A stretch of 64,000 bases of DNA from Tubulanus polymorphus (lineage: Eukaryota > Animalia > Nemertea). Below the pieces are notes generated by a model. It ran no database searches. It was not told the origin of the DNA and saw nothing but the letters and a program-made list of their open reading frames with translations. Location of the stretch: positions 1,550,001 to 1,614,000 of the forward strand of contig NC_134025.1 in assembly GCF_964204645.1 (NCBI RefSeq). Reading direction: 5' to 3'. Every line of letters starts with the position of its first letter. The first letter of the stretch is position 1. Positions 53,211 to 64,000 of this stretch are shown piece by piece. The translations under genes and the position numbers were made by a program.

Positions 53211-54117
53211 AATAGCTATTGTTTTGTGTAGGATTGTATCTGTGAATTAAGTAAAGTTACTTACTCCAGTCTGATGTTATTGCTTATTGCTCGTATTTTA
53301 TTGTTTTAAGTGTGCGAATACTTTTCTTAGATTTATGGAGATCAGGATGACGAGGGTTCGATTTGAACCAACAAATAAACAAAAACATTCAAACCTCAAA
53401 TTAATCCGTTTACTTGTCTTTATTTTTGGGGAACATTTTTTTACCTAGTTCAGATTTGATAACACAGTAGTCGCTTGTTCCAAAGCGATGTGCCGTTGAA
53501 GACAGACCTGAAGGTCTTTGCCGACAGCGATGCTATCTAGGATTTCAAAGGATGTGAAGAAGGTGCATCTTCGACAACCATAGTTTGCAGTTTTAACAAT
53601 TTAAAACAATAATAGTTTCATTAAACAACTTAAAATTTAAAGATTTAGTGGACTTACTGTTTAACTAGGGCAGGGATTTCTCGCAACCGTACATGATATA
53701 TACATACACTAGCAGTAAATACAATGTACTTCTAACCCTTATAAAACTTAAACTATTATTAGTTATTTTACAATTATTAAACGGCAACGTTGAAATGCGA
53801 TGTGCGCTCAGAGCGGCCGTAGTGATTTTGGCGTATTGTGGGATTCGAACCGCTCGGAATTTGTACTAGTGACGTCACTCGCCATCGACCAAAACAGGCT
53901 TTCAACCTTTTGCACTTCAAGAACTGCAGAACTCTTCACAAAACTGTTACAAAGTGGTTTGAATGCTGTTAAAGTGGCTGATGCACGAGTAAGTATGATT
54001 TTGAGTATGTACAGTTTAGAATAGATAGTTGTCACGAGCTGTTATTAATTATTAATCAATGTGAAGTGAGAAGAGGTTGATCTCCAATTCGCGCGGGCCA
54101 ACAGGTAGTGACACAAA

Positions 54118-54174
54118 CAGTATCCTAGGTACTATATATAAAAAGACTTTTTATATATAGTACCTAGGATACTG
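54118..54174. repeat. Perfect palindrome, 28-bp arms, 1-nt spacer
   Basis: cagtatcctaggtactatatataaaaag-a-ctttttatatatagtacctaggatactg. Confidence 0.95.
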
Positions 54175-55163
54175 GGGTCAAAAACTCTTTGTGTCAGGTC
54201 CCTGTGGCGCGGGCGGCCGCAACTAACTTTGGTGTGCTCGTCCAGGAAGTGTTGTAATTATCTACTTTCTCTTTCGAATTTGTGGAAGTTTCTGCGCCGA
54301 ATCTTTTGTTTCAATTTTCCGTATATTAATATTGAATTGTATGTTTAAAAGAGCTTTTGATTAAGATAAATTGAATATTATTTAGTACTAGTGGGCACTC
54401 CAGGGTCCTAGGGATAGGAAGTGCATATATTTTGCCAATAGTATATGTTGAAGAAGTAATTTCTATAATTAGGGTTTGGATTATAGTGCGAATAAGATTG
54501 AAGCTTATATTAATTGTCACGTTTAGGGCTGGATTTATTAAGGGTATGCCTACTATTGCATCGTCAAAAAGTCCGCTCCCTAATAGAATAAATATCCTCT
54601 GAATATACATGTCTGTAGTATGATTCTAGCAGGAAGTTTTGTTTAGATAACAAATAGCCCACACACTACTGATAATTATTTTAGCTATGGTGAAAATGGC
54701 CTAAATAGAAGTCGTTTGGGAATGTTGCTTCTGAAGAAGGAAGTGTTTTTCGAACACTATTATTACTGATGATGATGGGATAAGCTAATTATACATAGTA
54801 ATAAAGGTCAAAGTCCATCCAACTCTACTATTCATCAATGATGCTTAATGTTCATTTTCAGTGAATTTTATTACATATATTTCTATACAAAAGCCATATA
54901 AGTTTAGGCATTATCTCACTGTATGTCCATTTTCATGACTGTTTTATAATGAGGCGTTGATACAGATTTCCCAGGAACCTGACTGAAAGACTGGTTGATT
55001 GTTTAGGTTAGCGGGTATTCAGATTGTTAAACTTCCTGGTTATGTTCACGCATGTCTTTCATGACATTTCTATTTTTGGTTTAAGTCGGTTATATTTTTT
55101 GTTATTTGATAGCTGAAAGTTAGCCGAATCACATTGTATCCGATAACAACAATTTTGGTACTT

Positions 55164-58100
55164 ATGAACAGAGTTCATCGTTTCAACTTATGGAAGGTAA
55201 GAATCTTGTCTTTCTAGTGTAACCTTTTTGGGGTGGAAACTTAGGAATTTAAGTTTGACTTTCAGATAGGCTGACCAACATAAAAATGCTTCCTCCAGCT
55301 CTGTCTGAATAGAATATTATTGTGACATTGTTGAGTGATGTAGTTTGGCATAGAAAATGTCACGATTCCTAATTTAATAGGCCTTTGTTCCTGGCTCTAG
55401 AAAACATATGATTTGCTTTCATTCATTAAGATTAAACATTGAAGAATGTTTCGTAATGAACATGTTTTCCCCTTGTTTTATGTATTTTATCACACATGAT
55501 GATGGTCCGATGGTCCGTCTCTAGAAATAGTCCGAAACGTCGAGTCTTGATTTTCTACGTCAAATATGGATGAATAAATTTTGTTTGTAATCATTCCAAT
55601 TTTATATAGCAGGATATGTATGGATATATGCCTTATACGGATTATATCCATTAAAAATTATTCTTTCACTGATAACTGAAGTTATTTATCACGAAGACGA
55701 AGATTTTTAAAATCGGTCATTAGTGTTTTCTTGTCAAATTTTATTGCGTGTGCTATTGATAAATCAGTTCATACTCTGATTCACACAAATACCGTATTTG
55801 AATGTGTCAGACGGTTTGATAAGTGAAAATATTTCGCCCTTAGTCTTAGATCTGGAATTTCCCATATATTATGTATTGTGACATTTTCTTTCAGAAACCA
55901 GTTTTAGCTGTTTATTCAGCCAACACTCGACGTATTCGTATACAGAACCATTATTCACAATGATGCCATTTTTTGCCTCGTCATATTTTCCTATGAAACA
56001 CATATAATTGACCATTATTTCAGCCATTATTCTTTCATGATCAGTTTCTCATGCATGAATTGCCCTCGGTACTTTTATGCTTCACCGCCAATGTCGCATC
56101 TTTTCATTCTGTAAATACTTCTAAAAAGAAAATATCATGATTTTTATTAATTTTCATTATGAAATTGATTGATTTTTTGTGAATATTTTAGATTGTTCTG
56201 CTGCTACAAGTGGTACATGGAGCAGCAAACAATCTCTCAGGTAATTATGAATCTTAACATTACAATTCTAGATTATCAAACTGTTTATGAACTACACTAG
56301 AATGAACATAAAATATTTCTCTGAGACTATTGTTGCCTGGTTGGTACTTCTTACTTTTTCAGTTTCTTCCTCAATAAACGCAACTACTACTGTTCAGATT
56401 ACTGTACCAACAAACACAACTGATGCAACTGCTACTGAACCAACTGATGCAACTGCTACTGAACCAACTGATGCAACTGCTACTGAACCAACTGATACTG
56501 CTACTGAACCAACCAATGCAACTGCTACTGAACCAACCAATGCAACTGCTACTGAACCAACTGATGTAACTGCTACTGAACCAACTGATGCAACTGCTAC
56601 TGAACCAACTGATACTGCTACTGAACCAACCAATGCAACTGCTACTGAACCAACCAACGCTACAACTGTCCTACCAAAACTAGGAGAGAATTGTACTCAA
56701 ACATGTGGTTCACATAGCAGTGGTTGTGAACAGGGTGTTTGTAAATGTCTTAAAGACTTCTATGAATCAACAGCTGGCTGTGTTTCAAGTATGCATTACA
56801 TTTATTACAAGGATTTCACTGAGTTCTGAAAAATTCCTCATCAGTAATAGTGCTATACATGTATATATTGTGATAGGTTACTCTATGCTGCTGGTGGTTG
56901 CTGTTATAAACAATGATTGACCAATTAGTGACATTTATATATAATAATTGCTCTATTAAACATATCATTAATGATTTTTATCACTTATCACTGAACCAAA
57001 ACAATGATCAATTACCTAGAACTATTAATAAAAACTGCCAGAGAATGATGTAATATATGCATCGTTTCTTTAATTCTTTTCTATATTTTAAAGAACCCAA
57101 ATGAATCTTTATTTACAGACAAAAATTTATCACCGCAAAATGTGACCATTAAAGATATCGGATTGACGAGTGTAAACATAACATGGAATCTTGCAACTGA
57201 GATTAATACCTCGTATATAATCAAATGGGGAGATCTGAATAGAACAGTGACTGACACCTCATTCACTGTACCAGATTTAAAACCTGGATCCATCTACAAT
57301 ATTTCCGTCTATGGAGAATATAATGGTGCTGTTGTTCAGGCATTCACAGAGTTAGTCAGAACATGTAGGTATTGGGTAAAGTATAGATGTATTTTATCAT
57401 AGTTGAGAGCATAGAACTGGCATGAATATGATTTTCATGATCAACATGACAGAAAACTTGCTACAGCAGCTTTAAATCTAAATAATGTGTATAAACTTGA
57501 AGATTTATTTTTGTTTACAGTACTTGAACCACCAAGTAATATTCAGATTGTCAGTGTAACGACTGGTGAAGTGAATGTGAACTGGTCTTCGGTGGCGAAT
57601 GTAACAAAATACAATGTGACCTGCTTGAAATTGACAGAAAATGGGAGCACTGCTGTTTCTTCGGAAATAATTGAAACGACAAATGCAACGTGTTCCGAAT
57701 TGGATCCTGGAATGCTGTTTGAAATAACTGTGATGTCAATTAAGGAGAATTTCAAACCATCACAACTATCATCAATCAAAGGAATAACGAGTTAGTACAT
57801 GTATATACAGCGCGCTACTCGGTGAAACACTATTTCTCCCATTAAACAACAATATTTGTATATTTCAGATCCGATGAAACCATCACACTTCTCGGCATCC
57901 GTTCTCAATTCTAACAGTACTAATGCCATACAGTTAAATTGGACTTATGCTGACAACTCTGGTCATACCGGTTTCAAATTACTACAAACACCAGCTGAAG
58001 GATCCCTTAATGACAGCTTACAGTCAAACGACAGATCTAAGACACAGTTTGTGGCAACTGGTTTGGTTCCTGGTAGATCGTATAGATTTACAATAAAGCT

Positions 58101-61100
58101 GATATCAAGCCGAGATATATACACTAGTAACAGTGAACCTGTCAGCGATAATGCAACCACATGTAGGTTCAACGCTTCAAGTTGTATTTTGTGTAATATT
58201 GACCTGCGTAGTTTATTGTATAAACTGTTCATTAAAAACTGAACCTTCAGATTGATATATTATTAAGTATATTTTATTTCAGATCCCGCTCCTGTTTCAA
58301 ATTTGACTCGATTACATTTATCTGCATATGAAATTCAATTGCGTTGGATACAGTCTGGTGAATTAGATGGTTACGATATCACATTATCCCCTCCTAATAC
58401 AAAGCCACCCAAACCTGTGAGGAATCCAAGAGATGACTCCACTTATGAAATGAATATTACATCTCTTAGTCCGTATAAAGACTATACACTGAGTTTTGTT
58501 ACAAATCGTCATCAACTAAATAGCTCTGTGGTTCTGTATGAATTCAAGACTAGTGAAGCAGGTTAGGAAATGTGCGGATTGTTTGGGATTTTTTTGTTAG
58601 TGATAGGATTTTTATTTATAATTTTTCTGTTTTTCAGAACCATCTGAAGTCAAGGATTTTAATGTCAACACATACAATGATACAAGTCTTATATTAATAT
58701 GGCGTGAACCCGATCCAGCTAATGGCCTGATTACAGATTACACCATCAGTTACTGGCCTATAAGTAATCCAGCAGGAAAAAAAAGTAAAACAGTTGATGG
58801 TGGAGAATTCAATACTACGATAATCGGATTGATAGCATTCATGGAATATAGTGTTTCTATTGTGGCAAACACATCTGCTGGATCTGGTCCTCCTGTTTAT
58901 CAAAACATTACCACTTCTGAAGCAGGTAATAGATTATAGCACTGAAATTCAACCACTATGTTTTCAGTAATTTGCACCTTGAAGTTCTGTGATAATCTCT
59001 TTCAGTTCCTGGTCCGCCGACAAATTTTACGGTTCTAGTAATGGGAGCACGGCAAATCAGTGTTAGTTGGGCAAAACCTGAAAAACGTAATGGACAGATC
59101 ACAAATTATACCATTCAGTATAACTCAACTGTTGGGAGTGTCAATACATCGTATCATACAAAGTTAGAAGATTTGAATAAAGTGATTGAAAACCTCAAAC
59201 CGTGCACTGTTTATTCATTGCGTATTGCTGCTTCGACGTCAGTCGGTCGTGGTGATTTTACAGAATGGAAGAATGAAACAACACAAGTCAATTCAGGTAA
59301 CTTTGAATTTACAGGATAGATTTATAGAATTTTTTCTCAAATTGAAAAACTAACAAATTTATTTTATTGATTACAGATCCTAAGCCGGTTGAGGACTTGG
59401 AACCCAGTATAGGCAGCAAAGAGAATTGTATAAATGTGACTTGGAGACGCCCCTCTGAAGAGTACTGCAATTTAACATATTCAGTCACAATTCATAATGC
59501 CCGTCAAGATAAATTGCCAAAATTGCCGTCACCAGTTACTGTTACCGGTATGTATGGACTGAATATGTTTGTGTTTGTGAATGCATGAAGTGTTTCAGGT
59601 AAAAAATGATATAATGGGTAAATATATATTTTGTACAGATGAGTGGTATGAATTCTGTGACCTCTATTATTACTGGGATTATAAGGTTGCTGTCATTGTG
59701 AAAACAACTAAAGGAAGCAGTGAGAATCGAAGATCAAACGTGATTCGAACTGGTGAAACTGGTAAGTAAGGAAGGCTGCTGGGTACATGTAATTACTCAA
59801 TTAACACAACTTGATATCATATACTTCTTCTGAACCTTACTATCAACATTCATCAAAACAAGATTTTTTTGGGAATATTCTTTTTGAGAGCCACCATATT
59901 TCTCTTATTTTTCAGCACCATCTGAAGTCAGAGAGTTTAATGTTACAACGATCACTGCTTCAAGTTTTGAATTGACATGGCTTGAACCCGATCCAGCTAA
60001 TGGCGTGATTACAAATTACACCATCAGTTACTGGCCTATAAGTAATTCAATGGACAGAAAAACTAAAACAATAAGTGGTAGAATATTGACTTTTGAAATT
60101 AGTGGATTGAAAGCATTCACGGAATATAATGTTTCTATTGTGGCAAACACATCTGCTGGATCTGGTCCTCCTGTTTATCAAAACTCCCTCACTTCTGAAG
60201 CAGGTACATATGTACATACCGTAATGTATTGGTGCAAATATCTGTTATTGTCAGTTAATTTGTGAATTGTTAATTCTTCGAATAATATCAAACAACATAG
60301 AATCAGAATAGATAAACTTAAGCAAAATATTCTTAAAGTTTTGTACATCACGTGAACCTTACTGTTAACATTCATCAAAATGAGATTGTTTGGGAATATT
60401 GTTTTTGAGAGCCACCATATTTCTCTTTGTTTTACAGCACCAACTAAAGTCAGAGGGTTTGATGTTACAAAAATCGCTGCTTCAAGTTTTGAATTGACAT
60501 GGCTTGAACCCGATCCAGCTAATGGCTTGATTACAAATTACACCATCAGTTACTGGCCTATAAGTAATTCAATGGAGAGAAAAACTAAAACAATAAGTGG
60601 TAGAATATTGACTTTTGAAATTAGTGGATTGAAAGCATTCACGGAATATAATGTTTCTATTGTGGCAAACACATCTGCTGGATCTGGTCCTCCTGTTTAT
60701 CAAAACATTACCACTTCTGAAGCAGGTAATAGATTATAGCACTGAAATTCAACCACTATGTTTTCAGTAATTTGCACCTTGAGGTTCTGTTATAATCTGT
60801 TTCAGTTCCTGGTCCGCCGACGAGTTTTACGGTTCTAGTTACGGGAGCACGACAAATGAATGTTAGTTGGGCAAAGCCTGAAACACCTAACGGAAAGATT
60901 ATGAATTATACCATTGAATATAGTTCAACTGTTGGGAGTATCAATACATCGTATCATACAATGTTAGAAGATTTGAATAAAGTGATTGAAAACCTCAAAC
61001 CGTGCACTGTTTATTCATTGCGTATTGCTGCTTCCACGTCAGTCGGTCGTGGTGATTTTACAGAATGGAAGAATGAAACAACACAAGTCAATTCAGGTAA

Positions 61101-63675
61101 CTTTGAATTTACAGGATAGATTTATAGAATTTTTTCTCGAATTGAAAAACTAACAAATTGAATTTATTGATTACAGATCCTAAGCCGGTTAATGGCTTGG
61201 AACCCAATAGAGGCAGCAACGAGAATTGTATAAATGTGACTTGGAGACGCCCCTCTGAAGAGTACTGCAATTTAACATATTCAGTCACAATTCATAATGC
61301 CCGTCAAGATAAATTGCCAAAATTGCCGTCACCAGTTACTGTTACTGGTACGTATGGACTGAATATGTTTGTGTTTGTGAATGCATGAAGTGTTTCAGGT
61401 AAAAAATGATATAATGGGTAAATATATATTTTGTACAGATGAGTGGTATGAATTCTGTGACCTCTATTATTACTGGGATTATAAGGTTGCTGTCATTGTG
61501 AAAACAACTAAAGGAAGCAGTGATAATCGAACATCAAACGTGTTTCGAACTGGTGAAACTGGTAAGTAAGGAAGGCTGCTGGGTACATGTAATTACTCAA
61601 TTAACACAACTTGAATATTATATACTTCTTCATTTTCAGTACCCGGTCCTGTTAGAAATTTAAAATTTCAGAAAAATTGCGAAATATGCTATGATTCTGT
61701 GTCAGTTCTTTGGGAGGCACCTGAACTTTATTTACGAAACGGGATTATATTTGAATATACGATATCATATAAAGTGATTGATGTCGTAAACGTATGTAGA
61801 TTTCTGAATGAATCATTTTATGGTATATTTTGTTCTCCAGATCTCTAGATATGTTTGAATAGAATATTGAATATTTTTCAGAACAAGAATCATGTTCTTA
61901 CTAATCGTACAAATGGTGAAAAATACAATCATTCTATAACCGGTATTCAACCGGGATTCAATTACAGTTTCACGGTATGTATAGAATTTTTTTGAATATT
62001 TTTGTAAATTGATGCAAGTGATTTACGTTTAGTATTTTCGTTATCATTTGTTCAGGTTTTGGCAAATAATCATGCGGGTAGTGGAGAATTACGCTCTGAG
62101 AAAATTTATTTGAAGGCTGGACGTAAGTATAGGTGTACTATTGAGTATGAGCCGTGCTGCAAACTACCCATATCAAACCGTCTCATAAATATCATGTCAT
62201 ATCATCATTTACCAGACAGCCTCTCAGTTTTAATATTTAGTGTGTATTGTGAAGAAGGTACTTAATTTTCTTATGGTCATTCCTCCTGATGAACGTGTCA
62301 ACAGCCAAAACAGTGTTGTTTTCGTTTTGATAAAGTTTTACCGTTTGAAATTCAATTGTGGGACTTATGTTGTATTTATATAGAATATATATGAACATAT
62401 GAAATGATTTTTAGCCCAAAGAAACTAAAATTTCAAAGTCTTTCAGTCTCTTTATTTACTTCTATTTATGTCTATTTCTGCTGCTTTGCAATCGATCTTT
62501 CGCATCTTTTAGAGTTTGATAGTTTTATCGTGCGATTTATTTTTTCAGCGCCGAAATTCACACTTACCCCTTCTGAAGTGGCAAAAAGGTTGAGGAGTCT
62601 TCCAAATGATACTGTTGACGAAACAAAGCAAATACGAATTTCTATTTCGAAGGATCTTTTTAAGTCTGATTATGGAACAGTGAAATATATTGCGTTATTA
62701 GTTGGAAACAAATGTACATTCATTTCAGTTCTGTTTATTACTCACAAACGCATTCAGTATTTTCATAAATGGTTTGTGACTTTTTTCCAGCTTTATCTCC
62801 AGAAAACGGAACATTTGACAGCCTCGATAGCGCCACGAAAGATTTGTCAAAGAAAAAATGGAATGATTTCACGAGAGGTTTTACTCACATATATCAACCT
62901 TTTGAATCCATGGACTGGGATAAAGGTACATAGTTGATTATGAAAATTGTATGAAAAACTGCACAAATATTAGTGATTTATTTCGTGGTTTACTTTTGAA
63001 AATAGATGACAAACGAAAAAAGCGTGAAGCCAACGCAGTGTATTACGTTATAGGGAAAAATGACGCGTGTAAAGTCGAAATAAACTCGTATTGTAACGGA
63101 CCTTTAAAACCAGATACAAAATACTGGTAGGTAGTTTTGTTGAATCATTGATCATTCAATTTCACCATTGTAGCTTGAATTGTGGTTGATCAAGTTTTCG
63201 TAAGTCTGATAAAATGTCTAATTTTTTTGTAGTTCATTTTCAGGGTCCAGCCTACTTTATGGAGTACAGTAGTAAATTGATATATATGTAATCACTGATC
63301 TGATATGTGAATATTTGTGAATATTTCAGGATTGCGGTCCGAGGTTTCACGGCAAATGGATATCGGGATACACCGAGTGTAGAATTTAAAACGAGTAAGT
63401 TATTATCCATTAAAAGCCTTTTGTTAACAATGAAAATAGATCCAAATGTTTCACCAATGTAAATCTGTCCGTTTTCAAGGTCCATCTTTTCCCATTGTAT
63501 CTGTGGTTGTATCTGTTGTTGTGGTTGTCGTTGTCATCGTTGTGATTGTTGCCGTTGTTTTGATCTGGCGTAGAAGGTAAAATTAACTTCATCGGTCACT
63601 GTTATCTGTATAGTGAGCTATTTTCACTTGTCTCTAAAACGAATTTTTGTTTTGTAGGAGGACCCCAAAACAGCC
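55164..63675 (+). CDS. Receptor-type protein tyrosine phosphatase-like (R3/PTPRB-PTPRJ-PTPRQ-like) ectodomain and TM; phosphatase domain expected beyond the window
   Basis: Putative signal peptide over exons 55164-55196 and 56192-56240 (MNRVHRFNLWK|IVLLLQVVHGA). Mucin-like + 6-Cys exon 56363-56788; about 12 FN3 repeats; juxtamembrane YCNGPLKPDTKYW|IAVRGFT typical of RPTPs; TM exon 63480-63576 ending WRRR. Catalytic domain not visible. Confidence 0.8.
56418..56660 (+). repeat. 21-bp coding tandem repeat (T-D/N-A-T-A-T-E-P), mucin-like stalk
   Basis: About 11 copies, two of them 18-bp variants. Confidence 0.92.
58638..61613 (+). repeat. Intragenic tandem duplication of FN3 exons with introns (1800-bp period; extra 522-bp duplication)
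   Basis: ~58690-59813 aligns with ~60490-61613 at exactly +1800; ~59850-60202 aligns with ~60370-60725 at +522. Confidence 0.93.
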
Positions 63676-64000
63676 GTAAGTAGTAATTCTCTATCTATAT
63701 TATGTATATTTCAAGTAAATGTCTTGTAAACCTAAGGCAGGTGAAAGTTGCCTGGACACAACGCCAACAGACACCGGCCTTTATTCACAACCTTGAAGTC
63801 GAAACCTGTTTTTAGTATTTTTAATAAAACCATGCGTACTTTTTTACAGGAAACCAGGAAAACAGTAAGTGCCAGTCGCTGAAATATTATTTCGCTTTTA
63901 GTCGTAACTTCTGATTCTCTCAATATTAGATTTATTTCCAACCGCTTTTTTCAATGATTCTAATCAATATTTACTAACAGAAAAACTATTGATTTTAGAA

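Larger units (their letters stand above)
41498..53913 (+). mobile_element. ~12.4-kb Mutator-like (MULE/MuDR) DNA transposon, apparently complete
   Basis: 44-bp TIRs gcaaaaggttgaaagcctgttttggtcgatggc(t/g)agtgacgtca at 41498-41541 and 53870-53913 (1 mismatch). Direct repeat cttcaagaa at 41489-41497 and 53915-53923 (9 bp, or 10 bp with 1 mismatch). Internal MULE transposase ORF. Confidence 0.92.

Noticed and set aside
55490-55550. Hammerhead ribozyme / Penelope-like end (tgatga...ccgaaacgtcg; a similar trace at ~62285)
   Set aside because: Core incomplete (no intact CUGANGA with GAAA and closing stems); at most degenerate remnants.
56287-56362. ORF-track N-terminus as the receptor's signal peptide
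   Set aside because: It overlaps a polypyrimidine tract/AG at 56361; two upstream exons give a better in-phase signal peptide, though an alternative start cannot be excluded.
56394-58232. Minus-strand ORFs over the receptor gene
   Set aside because: Antisense shadows of real plus-strand exons.

Overview
AT-rich, intron-containing animal genomic DNA; a marine invertebrate is a guess from composition and repeat types only. Host genes: last two exons of synaptotagmin-7 (+), Hhex (-, 4 exons), MRPL19 (-, 6 exons), TRAX/TSNAX (+, 5 exons), and the 5' part of an FN3-rich R3-type receptor tyrosine phosphatase-like gene (+) with a recent 1.8-kb internal duplication. Two large TIR-bounded insertions dominate. 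(1) A ~12.4-kb, apparently intact Mutator-like element (41498-53913; 44-bp TIRs, 9-bp TSD). It encodes a 1770-codon Ulp1 protease/GATA/MULE-DDE/SWIM/C2H2/PHD ORF, preceded by about 11 short in-frame exons that encode an SGNH-hydrolase domain and a zinc finger and may splice onto the transposase. (2) A ~9.5-kb element with no visible transposase (28456-37980), inserted between the head-to-head MRPL19 and TRAX start codons. It carries tandem exon-intron cassettes that look non-coding and an inverted pair of LINE-derived fragments. All coordinates, splice models and alignments were read by eye.
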